64,000 nt of DNA, from positions 2,116 to 66,115 of the forward strand of contig JABEUM010000169.1 of assembly GCA_013044475.1 (NCBI GenBank), read 5' to 3'. Under the pieces are notes generated by a model that worked only from the letters and a program-made list of their open reading frames with translations, did no database searches and had not been told where the DNA came from. Shown piece after piece: positions 1 to 8,290 of the stretch. This stretch comes from Acidimicrobiaceae bacterium. Its GTDB lineage: Bacteria > Actinomycetota > Acidimicrobiia > Acidimicrobiales > Acidimicrobiaceae. A program made the position numbers and the translations under genes. Every line of letters begins with the position of its first letter. Positions within the stretch are counted from its first letter, which is position 1.

Positions 1-2223
1 TCGAAGAGTCGAAATGAGCTCTTTAGCAGCCTGTTTTGCACCCACTTCTGGTCCAATTGGGTCGGGTGATATGAGACAGGTCGATCCATAGTTTGCGTAG
101 GCGATCAAGGTGTCATGTGATACGAAGTGTTCTTTGTCATCGCGCAGGGCAAAGTAGTCCAGAGTTCCCTTGGAATAGTTAGCGACTATTTCTCGATCGG
201 TCAGCCCGGAGGAAGTTCGAAAATAGTGTTCCGACGTTAGCTCTGCGACATATGGAAGGAAGAGCCCCGCTACTAAGTAGATTGCGATTCCGATTGTCGT
301 CGTGAACAGTGTCGGCGAGATAAAGCGATTCAGTAGATGAGGAAGGATTCCAATCGGGGACGCAACCATCCGAGAGGCCGCTGCGACAATTGCTCTGGTG
401 ATGGTGATCCGTCTCGAGTGTCGCTGGAAAGTACCATCGAGCCAAATGGATGCCGTCCCGATCAGCAGGGTGAGGATCCAGTAAGAAATGGCCTTTATTA
501 TTCGATTTAGAAACTTTTCGCGAGACCCTCTTTGATCGAAAGCGGCCCGGTTTTGCAGGAGAAAGGCGAGGAGTAATAAGAGAGCGGTGGCCTCCTCGAA
601 ATCGCCACCTTTCAGAAGATTTGATAAAATTCCAATAGCGACCGCAGCCGTCGAGATGGTCCAGGCGAGTCTCTGGCCTTTTGAGATTCCGAAGCTCAAA
701 CCTAAAAGCGCAACGCCTATGAGGGCTGTTGTCGCATCTGCAAAAGTCGCAACATTAGAGGGAAGGAATTCTAGTATGTCCCTAAGTCTGCTCCGCAACG
801 GAGGGGTCAGGGCCGAGGCCAGGTCGATGATGCCAAGGGCCAGGACGGAAATATGGGCTATTCGGCGCGGCCTGAGAAACCTGATGAGCTCCCTCGGGTC
901 TATTTCGGCGTAGTCCTGTCCGTCTGGAAGGGAAGCGATAAGTGAAGGCACCTTCGGGAAGGTCCGGTCTTGGTTGGAGACTATTCGATTAATGAGAGGA
1001 GCGTACGTCGATGCGGTGAATCCAAAAAGTTCTATTCGAAGGGTGTCATTTGCACTCAGTTCGAGCCAACTCACCTCGGAGATTACCGAGTAGCTAGCAG
1101 GTAGGCCCAATCGGCCTGGCATCTTTTTGAGAATTGGCAGGGTGCCGCCTGGATTGGCAAAGTAACCAGATCCGACCTTGATAAGTTCAGGCTGGCGGTT
1201 ATGGGCGACTATTAGGGCCTTGTAGCCCCTCCGCAAGACGCCTTGGGCGCCGATCCTGCTTGCGATATTTAGATCCCGTTTCGTGCCCATGGTTGTCGGG
1301 GAGGCCTTGGAAAGTGCCGAATATACCCGCTGCGCCAGGAAGAGGATTATCGAAATTACCACGATGATGTCGATGAGGGCGGTAATGGACAATAGTTCTA
1401 TTCGCAGTCGGCCAAGGGACCTAAGGCCGTTCAGTCGACCAATTCCAGGGAGAGCCCCAAGCAGGGGTATTCGCACGAGGACCATCAATGCGATGGGTAT
1501 CAAAGCAAAGATACTGTACTTGAGGACTTTGGAGTAGACGATCCGAGAAGCAGCCAGGCCAGCCAGGTCCTCCGGGTCTTGAAGTCGCTCGGCTCCCCAG
1601 AGTAGTGACGAACCTTCTCGCAGTGACTTCGGCAATACGTCTTTTAGGCGATGTGTTGCCCATGGAGTATCGAATGGCGAATAAGGGTCAGAGGCCCTAG
1701 CATGCTCATCAAATTCCCTGCCGGAAGTAATTAGAACACGTTCGGTCCGGTTCAGTGAATGAAAGCGAACTTCTAGCTCTAAACATAGGGTCGCTCCTAG
1801 TCGGGCGGTGACCACGTTGGATAATTCTTCGTCCCACGCGAGGGAGCGGTCTTTCAGCCCCGGCACGATGATCACGCGCCCATTGTGGTTTTTTGTAAAG
1901 TTGGCGATGAAGTCGACAACCTGCTCGTTGGTGTCAAGGGCTCCTTTGGCTGATTCCCCCTCACTAGTAGTCGGATCAGCGTGGCCGAGGTCCAGGAGGT
2001 TGCCTAAGACGATCAGGTGACCATCGCCCTTGAATTCTGCTAAGGCTTCGACGAGCCTCGAAGTGTTCGAACTGGAAAGTCTCGGATCGCTGGAACTGGT
2101 CAGGTTGGAAAGGCTTAAGTCCGAAACAACTAGTACTTTTTCGTTTTGGGATACGTCTAAGAAGCCCTGCCTTGGACACCACTTGGATGGGGTAAGCAAG
2201 TAACCATTGAGGTTTTCCGGCAA
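1..2223 (-). CDS. Membrane protein, N-terminal ~740 codons in window (3' end runs off the left edge): degenerate metallophosphoesterase-like module plus MprF-like (lysyl-phosphatidylglycerol synthase TM / DUF2156-like) region
   Basis: Absent from the ORF track. Hand translation of the reverse strand gives one frame with no stop from the in-frame TAG at 2259-2257 down to nt 1: ...KVLVVSDLSLSNL..GDGHLIVLGNLLDLG..RVIIVPGLKDRSLAW..(two hydrophobic helices)..ALIVAHNRQPELIKVGSGYFANPGG..LALGIIDLASALTPP..GQRLAWTISTAAVAIGILSNLLKGGDFEEATALLLLLAFLLQNRAAF..GTLDYFALRDDKEHF... The only start candidates are TTG at 2250, 2223 and 2199. The 2223 TTG lies 9 nt after GAGGGG. Confidence 0.6.
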   Translation of the reverse strand, partial: MPENLNGYLLTPSKWCPRQGFLDVSQNEKVLVVSDLSLSNLTSSSDPRLSSSNTSRLVEALAEFKGDGHLIVLGNLLDLGHADPTTSEGESAKGALDTNEQVVDFIANFTKNHNGRVIIVPGLKDRSLAWDEELSNVVTARLGATLCLELEVRFHSLNRTERVLITSGREFDEHARASDPYSPFDTPWATHRLKDVLPKSLREGSSLLWGAERLQDPEDLAGLAASRIVYSKVLKYSIFALIPIALMVLVRIPLLGALPGIGRLNGLRSLGRLRIELLSITALIDIIVVISIILFLAQRVYSALSKASPTTMGTKRDLNIASRIGAQGVLRRGYKALIVAHNRQPELIKVGSGYFANPGGTLPILKKMPGRLGLPASYSVISEVSWLELSANDTLRIELFGFTASTYAPLINRIVSNQDRTFPKVPSLIASLPDGQDYAEIDPRELIRFLRPRRIAHISVLALGIIDLASALTPPLRSRLRDILEFLPSNVATFADATTALIGVALLGLSFGISKGQRLAWTISTAAVAIGILSNLLKGGDFEEATALLLLLAFLLQNRAAFDQRGSREKFLNRIIKAISYWILTLLIGTASIWLDGTFQRHSRRITITRAIVAAASRMVASPIGILPHLLNRFISPTLFTTTIGIAIYLVAGLFLPYVAELTSEHYFRTSSGLTDREIVANYSKGTLDYFALRDDKEHFVSHDTLIAYANYGSTCLISPDPIGPEVGAKQAAKELISTLR

Positions 2224-2315
2224 ATTAAAGCACCCCTCTGTGTACCTCAAACATCTCTACAAGGGCTCGGAGGGGAAGTGGTAACTGCCACGTCGAATCG
2301 GATTGATAGGGCCGA

Positions 2316-2804
2316 CTAATCCCGAAAGTTCGTGAACTGCAGCGGAATGTCAAAGTCGGCTTCCTTCAGGCTTTGTATTACCGTCTGAAGGTCGTCTCGC
2401 TTTTTCGAAGAAACCCTCAATTGATCTCCCTGGATGGATGGCACTGTTCCCTTTAGGGCGAGGTCTCGGATGAACTTGGATATCTCCTTCCCTTTCTCGG
2501 TGGAGATCCCTGCGACCACTTTGACACTTTGCCTTACCGAACCTTTAGAACCTTCTACGAGGGGACCCCTTTCCAAGGCCTTCAGCGATACTTGCCTTTT
2601 TACAAGTTTTTCCTCGAGCACCACCATGAGGGCTTTTATCCGATCCTCGGTCGAGGAGGAGAGTTTGATCTCTTTATCAGATATTTCGATTTGCGAGTTA
2701 GTGTTTTTGAAGTCGAAGCGGGTGGCTACTTCTCGACCCGCCTGATCGACGGCATTTCTAACTTCTTGCATATCAACTTCCGAAACAACATCGAACGTAG
2801 GCAT
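2316..2804 (-). CDS. yajQ: YajQ-family (UPF0234) nucleotide / cyclic-di-GMP-binding protein
   Basis: 162 aa. MPTFDVVSEVDMQEVRNAVDQAGREVATRFDFKN ... IQGDQLRVSSKKRDDLQTVIQSLKEADFDIPLQFTNFRD matches E. coli YajQ end to end from memory. Confidence 0.9.
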   Translation of the reverse strand: MPTFDVVSEVDMQEVRNAVDQAGREVATRFDFKNTNSQIEISDKEIKLSSSTEDRIKALMVVLEEKLVKRQVSLKALERGPLVEGSKGSVRQSVKVVAGISTEKGKEISKFIRDLALKGTVPSIQGDQLRVSSKKRDDLQTVIQSLKEADFDIPLQFTNFRD

Positions 2805-2832
2805 AATCCGTTAGGCTATCCTGTTCTAACAT

Positions 2833-2917
<85 letters not shown>

Positions 2918-2923
2918 AATTTG

Positions 2924-2960
2924 GTGCCCGGTCTTGGTGACAAGATTGGGCACTTTGCTT
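2924..2960 (+). terminator. Probable intrinsic terminator after tRNA-Tyr
   Basis: Stem GTGCCC(2924-2929)/GGGCAC(2948-2953) with inner TCTTG/CAAGA pairing, followed by TTTGCTTGTG. Confidence 0.45.
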
Positions 2961-3049
2961 GTGTGGTTCATCTCGAAAGGTGCCAGTGATCCGTTCCTTG
3001 CAGACCGATTCTTTCAAGTCCCTCTACTGCGGGAAATTAGACTGACGAC

Positions 3050-4618
3050 ATGGCTGTTTTCGGCTTAAATCCCCTCAGATGGCATGCGGAAGACGCCCCT
3101 AAGGGTATCCGGCTTGAAGCCTCTGATCTAGTAGAGCCAATCGTAATTGGGCTCGTCGCATCGGTGTTGATACTCGCCGGAACCCTTCAAAAGAACTCCC
3201 CATTTACTTCCAAGATTCCCGGTTCTTGGTTTATCGGTGTTCCATCCCATCCGGTGTCGGGAAATCCGTTGCTCGAGTTTCTGGCTCGATGGCTCGTTTA
3301 CCTAGGGGTGGCGCTCGCTTGCTACGTCTGGGTGCGCTTCGTTAGGCTGGTCCGAAAGGGATACCGAATCTCGCCTCGGGCGCTGTGGAGCGCCTTTTGG
3401 ACCTGGATTACCCCCTTGATGATTGCCGGGCCGCTCTTTTCTAGGGATGTCTACTCCTACGCTGCCCAAGGAGAGATGGTGGCTAGGGGAATAGACCCCT
3501 ACTCCAACGGCCCTATCGCCCTGGGCTCGAACAGCTACCTTGCGACCGTGGACCCATTCTGGGTTAAGGCAAAGGCGCCATATGGGCCATTGTTCCTCTA
3601 CGTCGATGGACTCTTCGTCCGATTTACTGACCATAACCCCTTGGTGACGGTGCTGTTGCTGAGACTGTTGGCGCTGCTGGGCGTAGTTTTAATCGGAAAG
3701 TATTCGATGAGGATAGCCACGTCACTTGGCAAGAGTCCAACGCTGGCTTTCGTTCTTGTTGCCCTGAATCCAATGGTGATGTACCACTTTGCATCGGCGG
3801 GACATAATGATTCGATAATGGCGGGGCTCATGCTCGCTGGGATCGCATATTTTCTTGAGGGTAGGCGGATTGTCGGAATAGTCTTCTGTGCGCTAGCGGC
3901 TGCGGTCAAGATTCCAGCAATAGTGGCGGTTGGCTTTTTGGGCTACAACTGGATCGATGTCAAACCCTTTAGGAAGCGACTCCGAGGCGCCGCACTGGCA
4001 GTGATAATCACCGTGGTGGTTTTCGGCGTTTTGAAGGTCGTATCTGGTCTCGGATGGGGCTGGCTCTTGGCGCTCTCAACCCCGGGGGTAGTCGTTACAT
4101 CGGTAGCTCCGATGGTAGCCTTGGCCGATTTGGCACATCAGATTACCAACGTCATAAATTTTGGTGCCTCTTTTACCACTTATGTATCGATTTTCCGTCT
4201 CGTCGGACTGGCTATGGCTGGACTGATAGGGCTCGGACTCCTTTTGACCTCCGAGCGAAAGAATATAGTGCGGTTCATCGGTATAACTATGGTCACGGTG
4301 GTAGTTCTAGGTCCTGTGATCCAGCCTTGGTATATCGCTTGGGGTCTATTGGTGCTGGCCTGCTCGCCTGGGAAGCTTACGACTTGGGGGACCACGGCGA
4401 TCTCCTTAGGCTCGATAGTTCTTGGCATCCCAGGTGGTCCATCAATAGCTTCGTGGATCTTATATATATTCGTCGTCTGTCTCGCAGTTGTGATGCTTGG
4501 AGCGAGATTGCCTTTCTCTCCTGGGCGCCTTCGTAGGATGTCGCAAAGGGTAGTTGATGACGGGGTAGCTCGAGTAATACACGCTGTGGGGTTGTATCGA
4601 GGAGCGGAGCCTGAGTAA
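3050..4618 (+). CDS. Polytopic membrane glycosyltransferase, GT87/DUF2029 family (polyprenol-phosphate-mannose-dependent mannosyltransferase-like, MptA/MptB type)
   Basis: 522 aa with many hydrophobic helices. The loop motif SRDVYSYAAQGEMVARGIDPYSNGP after the first helices is as I recall for actinobacterial MptB-type enzymes. No search was run. Confidence 0.6.
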   Translation: MAVFGLNPLRWHAEDAPKGIRLEASDLVEPIVIGLVASVLILAGTLQKNSPFTSKIPGSWFIGVPSHPVSGNPLLEFLARWLVYLGVALACYVWVRFVRLVRKGYRISPRALWSAFWTWITPLMIAGPLFSRDVYSYAAQGEMVARGIDPYSNGPIALGSNSYLATVDPFWVKAKAPYGPLFLYVDGLFVRFTDHNPLVTVLLLRLLALLGVVLIGKYSMRIATSLGKSPTLAFVLVALNPMVMYHFASAGHNDSIMAGLMLAGIAYFLEGRRIVGIVFCALAAAVKIPAIVAVGFLGYNWIDVKPFRKRLRGAALAVIITVVVFGVLKVVSGLGWGWLLALSTPGVVVTSVAPMVALADLAHQITNVINFGASFTTYVSIFRLVGLAMAGLIGLGLLLTSERKNIVRFIGITMVTVVVLGPVIQPWYIAWGLLVLACSPGKLTTWGTTAISLGSIVLGIPGGPSIASWILYIFVVCLAVVMLGARLPFSPGRLRRMSQRVVDDGVARVIHAVGLYRGAEPE

Positions 4619-4619
4619 T

Positions 4620-5309
4620 TTGGATTTGAACCTTCACGCCGAGCGGGCCCCAACGTTAGCTATCGCTACCGAGAGAGTGGTGATGATCGAACCTAGGCTT
4701 AAGAAGCTTGTCGATCTGGTCGGGCTTCCGACCTTTTCCCGCTACGACGACGATGAATCCGTGAGCGTTCGAGACTCAGAGCCCGAAGGACGTGACTCGT
4801 TCAGCGTCTTGGTTAAGGCGATTGCGAATCAGCAACTTTCCTCTAAGGCCGCCTCGACAATTCTCGCTCGACTCCGAGGAGCCTGCGGTGGTGTGATAAA
4901 TGCCCAAGGCATCGTTGGCTTGGAACCAGAGGGCCTAAGACCGTTAGGATTTTCTGGTTCGAAGTCACTCGCTCTCTTTGAACTCGCGATGCACGCAATC
5001 GATAAGAGCCTCATTCTCGATGGGATTGACCACCTGTCCAACGAGGAGATTATTTCTGTGATTTCGTCCCAGAGAGGCTTGGGAAAGTGGAGCGCCGAAA
5101 TGTTTTTGATCTTCCACCTGGGCCGATTGGACGTGTGGCCGATCGACGATCTTGGGGTAAGGAAGGGCTATTCATCGATATTTGGTCTTGAGGAGTTGAT
5201 CAAACCTAAGATGCTAGATCCACTTGGGGAAAGATTCAGGCCCTACAGGTCGATCTTGGCCTGGTACTGCTGGGCCGCGGTGGATCAGGGAAATGAGCTT
5301 TGGGATTGA
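4620..5309 (+). CDS. DNA-3-methyladenine glycosylase II-like, HhH-GPD superfamily (AlkA type)
   Basis: AIANQQLSSKAASTILARL, helix-hairpin-helix GLGKWSAEMFLIFHLGRLDVWPIDDLGVRKG with the conserved Asp. The start is uncertain: TTG 4620 per the ORF track, or GTG 4678 / ATG 4682 after GAGAGAG. Confidence 0.75.
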   Translation: MDLNLHAERAPTLAIATERVVMIEPRLKKLVDLVGLPTFSRYDDDESVSVRDSEPEGRDSFSVLVKAIANQQLSSKAASTILARLRGACGGVINAQGIVGLEPEGLRPLGFSGSKSLALFELAMHAIDKSLILDGIDHLSNEEIISVISSQRGLGKWSAEMFLIFHLGRLDVWPIDDLGVRKGYSSIFGLEELIKPKMLDPLGERFRPYRSILAWYCWAAVDQGNELWD

Positions 5310-5483
5310 TCTTTCGAATTGGACTACAGGTATCAGAGGGCTACCTGGCGTCATAGCTATCGAACTTGGGCTAAACCAGACGACCGGAAGGCCGTTTGTT
5401 GCGGCAACGCTATAGGGACTCTATTCGCATCGGAGTTCTATAGTAGACCGGGTTCTTCATCCGCTTTGGTGCGGTTAAGTCGA

Positions 5484-5972
5484 TTAGTTCAGCATCTTTT
5501 GCATTACCACGACGTCTAGCCATTTCGAAAATTTGCGACCAACTTCCTTTTCGATGCCTATGGTTCGAAATCCGACCGACTTGTGAAGTTCAATCGAGGC
5601 GACGTTGCCTACAACTATTCTCGCTATGCAGGTATGAAAGCCGCTAACTGCGGCGATTTCGAGCAGCCTTACAAGAAGTAGCTTCCCAGTGCCCCTCCTT
5701 CGGTGGCTGTGATGAAGGTAGATCGAATCTTCGACCGTAGTGTTGTAACCTGCCCTCAGCTTGTATGAGGATAGAGAGGCATAACCAATAATTTCGTCGT
5801 GATCTATCGCTACTAGCGCCTGATGAACGCCTGAATGGCGAGCTATCCACCTTTCTTGTTGATGGGTCGTTCTTGGGTCTATCTCCAAAGTGACGGTAGA
5901 GTTGAGGACCTCGTAGTTGTAGATCGAAGCGATCTGAGCTGCGTCTTCCAGTCTGGCTGGGCGGATTTCCAT
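5484..5972 (-). CDS. GNAT family N-acetyltransferase (phosphinothricin / amino-acid N-acetyltransferase-like subgroup)
   Basis: 162 aa. IRPARLEDAAQIASIYNYEV at the N-terminus, and acetyl-CoA motif HHSHRRRGTGKLLL followed by IARIVVGNVASIELHKSVGF. Confidence 0.8.
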   Translation of the reverse strand: MEIRPARLEDAAQIASIYNYEVLNSTVTLEIDPRTTHQQERWIARHSGVHQALVAIDHDEIIGYASLSSYKLRAGYNTTVEDSIYLHHSHRRRGTGKLLLVRLLEIAAVSGFHTCIARIVVGNVASIELHKSVGFRTIGIEKEVGRKFSKWLDVVVMQKMLN

Positions 5973-6177
5973 GTCACAACTGTATTTGCTCTAAATGCAT
6001 TCCGACGGTTTTGTAACGGAGAAGCGCCTTTGAATGGTATTCGGCTGGATTTTTCGGTTATTTCGGTTGCAATTTCAGCCCTGAGAATGATCTAGGAACA
6101 ATTGCGCAGTGAATTTTTATCCGCTAGGGGGATAATGGCGAGGGAACGGCCAAATTAACGGTAGTATTTATCGGGCC

Positions 6178-6250
6178 GCCCCCTTAGCTCAGTCGGCAGA
6201 GCACAGCCATGGTAAGGCTGGTGTCGTCGGTTCGATTCCGACAGGGGGCT
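6178..6250 (+). tRNA. tRNA-Thr (anticodon GGT)
   Basis: Acceptor GCCCCCT/AGGGGGC, D-arm GCTC..GAGC, anticodon stem CAGCC/GGCTG with loop ATGGTAA, T-arm GTCGG TTCGATT CCGAC. CCA is not encoded. Confidence 0.9.
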
Positions 6251-6254
6251 CTCT

Positions 6255-6328
6255 GGCGGCGTAGCTCAGTAGGTAAGAGCACAAGGCTCATAATCGTGGG
6301 GTCGTCGGTTCGAGTCCGACCGCCGCTA
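6255..6328 (+). tRNA. tRNA with CAT anticodon (elongator tRNA-Met by synteny; tRNA-Ile2 not excluded)
   Basis: Acceptor GGCGGCG/CGCCGCT (G1-U72), anticodon loop CTCATAA, T-arm GTCGG TTCGAGT CCGAC. The anticodon stem CAAGG/TCGTG has one A-G mismatch and one G-U. It lacks the three G-C pairs of an initiator tRNA. Confidence 0.8.
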
Positions 6329-6628
6329 CCGGAGCATATTATCCAGATCGTCGCGTTCGCAAAGCCTTCGGCTGTTTTGGCGGTAACCGCCGGCCGACGC
6401 TGCGCCAACCGTGGGGCGATTCGAGCACCTCGAACTTGTTTTTGACCGGCGGGGAGTAGCCCAGCTGGTCCGTGGTCTGTAACTGGCTCCAAAAACGGCT
6501 GGTAACGCCGCTCGCTTCTCCAAATGGGTGATGGAGATAGCGGATAGCCTGTTTTGAGACGATGTAGTTCTTGGAATAGGCTATGCTCAAGTGGTTAGAT
6601 TTTTCACCCGAGTGGGGTTTGGTTTTCC

Positions 6629-6793
6629 ATGGCAAAGAACGAAAAGCGTATTAAAGTGACCCTCGCTTGCGAAGTGTGCAAGAGGCGTAACTATATCACG
6701 ACTAAGAATAAGCAGAATGATCGTGAGCGCATCGAGATGAAGAAGTACTGTAGCTGGGAGCGTCAGCACACTCTCCATAAAGAGACTAGGTAG
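6629..6793 (+). CDS. rpmG: 50S ribosomal protein L33 (bL33)
   Basis: 54 aa, below the ORF-track cutoff. Hand translation: [54 protein letters not shown]. Position after tRNA-Thr/tRNA-Met is as in other actinobacteria. Confidence 0.92.
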   Translation: MAKNEKRIKVTLACEVCKRRNYITTKNKQNDRERIEMKKYCSWERQHTLHKETR

Positions 6794-6802
6794 ACCCAGA
6801 CG

Positions 6803-7453
6803 GTGACCGAGCGTGCGGAGTCGTTGAAGCGCTTTGTCGAGCAGGCCCAGCAGGGTTCCACTGAGAGTTTCGGCGAGTTGGTCAAGTTGACATATCGCGA
6901 TAACCTCAAGCTCGCCATTAAGTTGGTTGGGAATCTCGAAGATGCCTACGACGTGCTGCAGGACTCGTACATTCGCGCTTTTAGGTCGCTAAAGAGGTTT
7001 AGGGGCGATGCGAGCTTCCAGACTTGGATGTTCCGAATCGTCTCCAACTGCGCCTCTTCTCATCAGGCTGACTTGAGGAAGAAGAAGCGGGAGAAGCCAC
7101 TTTCAGAGGAGAGCGATATAGACCGGTCTCAAGAGGCAGACCGGGAATCTATGTTTAGGGTTACCCTTAAGTTCGATATAGACGCTGAACTTAAAAAGCT
7201 CCCTCAGAAGCTTCGTACGGTAGTGGTGCTTAGGGATATCTATGGGATGGCCCATTCGGAGATAGCCCAGAAGCTCGGTATATCTGAGGCGACAGCCAAG
7301 GTGAGATTGCACAGAGCGCGAAAAAGGCTGGCCCAAGCACTTTCCTGGTTGGGCAATCAAAAAAACGGTGATCCAGTCTGCGACTTGGTGGCTGTCGACG
7401 ATTTTTTGGAAGACTTCGAAGAGAACGAAGGTGAACTTCCCCGTGCCGTCTAG
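6803..7453 (+). CDS. ECF-type (group 4) sigma-70 family RNA polymerase sigma factor
   Basis: 216 aa. Region 2: DAYDVLQDSYIRAFRSLKRFRGDASFQTWMFRIVSNCA. Region 4 HTH: LPQKLRTVVVLRDIYGMAHSEIAQKLGISEATAKVRLHRARKRL. The GTG start is 10 nt after the rpmG stop. Confidence 0.88.
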   Translation: MTERAESLKRFVEQAQQGSTESFGELVKLTYRDNLKLAIKLVGNLEDAYDVLQDSYIRAFRSLKRFRGDASFQTWMFRIVSNCASSHQADLRKKKREKPLSEESDIDRSQEADRESMFRVTLKFDIDAELKKLPQKLRTVVVLRDIYGMAHSEIAQKLGISEATAKVRLHRARKRLAQALSWLGNQKNGDPVCDLVAVDDFLEDFEENEGELPRAV

Positions 7454-7838
7454 TTGCCAAGAGACTGACTCCGGTCGACATACTGGTATTGCGAGAACAG
7501 ATGTCGCTTTTGCTCGGCCATTAGGCCTGGCAAGCTGCGCAGTGGACGAAGCAGAGCTTCGAGCGCTGCTTGACTCGCGTAAGCCAACGAGACTTGATGT
7601 CTATGCCCACGTTAGGGCGTGTGAAAGCTGCAGGACAGAGTTCGCGCGTTTGAAGTTGGAGGGGCATCTGGGATCTCGAGCTGGTGAGTTATCAGAGAGA
7701 TTTTTGACTTTTTTGAGCGGCGTTGGTGGCTCAAAGAGGGCATCGATGCCCTCTTTTGCCGTTTCGGCCGCTTTGGTATTGACTTTTTTTGCATTGATTT
7801 GGACCGCTACTAATTTCACTATCCGGAACCGGAGTTAA
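7443..7838 (+). CDS. Putative zinc-binding (ZAS-type) anti-sigma factor with C-terminal membrane anchor
   Basis: Motif C-x23-H-x3-C-x2-C (..ASCAVDEAELRALLDSRKPTRLDVYAHVRACESCRTEF..) and a terminal helix MPSFAVSAALVLTFFALIWTATNF. The ORF-track start at 7368 lies deep inside the sigma gene. The in-frame GTGs at 7431 and 7443 overlap the sigma stop (7451-7453), and 7443 follows GAAGGTG. Confidence 0.65.
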   Translation: MPSSCQETDSGRHTGIARTDVAFARPLGLASCAVDEAELRALLDSRKPTRLDVYAHVRACESCRTEFARLKLEGHLGSRAGELSERFLTFLSGVGGSKRASMPSFAVSAALVLTFFALIWTATNFTIRNRS

Positions 7839-7889
7839 CCCGGTTAGACTTATTGAGTCCTATGTGCCGCTATGTTGGTAGGGCACTGT

Positions 7890-7962
7890 AGGGTAGTAGC
7901 TCAATTGGTAGAGCACCGGTCTCCAAAACCGGGGGTTGGGGGTTCGAGTCCCTCCTGCCCTG
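7890..7962 (+). tRNA. tRNA-Trp (anticodon CCA)
   Basis: Acceptor AGGGTAG/CTGCCCT, anticodon stem CCGGT/ACCGG with loop CTCCAAA, T-arm GGGGG TTCGAGT CCCTC. Lies directly upstream of secE as in other actinobacteria. Confidence 0.9.
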
Positions 7963-7977
7963 CTCGTCGACTAGCTA

Positions 7978-8286
7978 TTGGTGATCACCATGAACCGCGA
8001 AACTAAGAGATTACTTCAGCGTCAAGGTCAAATTGACCAGGACGGACAGCCCGTCGCCCAAAAGGCCGCGCCCGCTCAACGAACACGGCAAGAGGGCGGT
8101 CAACGGACCTCCCCAAAGCAGTACTTCAATGAGGTCAAGGGCGAGCTTAAAAAGGTTGACTGGGCCTCGAAGAAGGAAGTCAGGAATTACTCAGCCGTCG
8201 TGCTGATAACGCTTACCTTTGCCGTGACGCTTATATTTTTGCTCAACGTCCTCTTCTCGCGTCTAGTGATATTCCTTTTCAAATGA
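7978..8286 (+). CDS. secE: Preprotein translocase subunit SecE
   Basis: C-terminal [42 protein letters not shown] is the SecE signature plus TM helix. Basic N-terminal extension. The start is ambiguous (TTG 7978, GTG 7981, ATG 7990). Confidence 0.9.
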   Translation: MVITMNRETKRLLQRQGQIDQDGQPVAQKAAPAQRTRQEGGQRTSPKQYFNEVKGELKKVDWASKKEVRNYSAVVLITLTFAVTLIFLLNVLFSRLVIFLFK

Positions 8287-8290
8287 TCGG

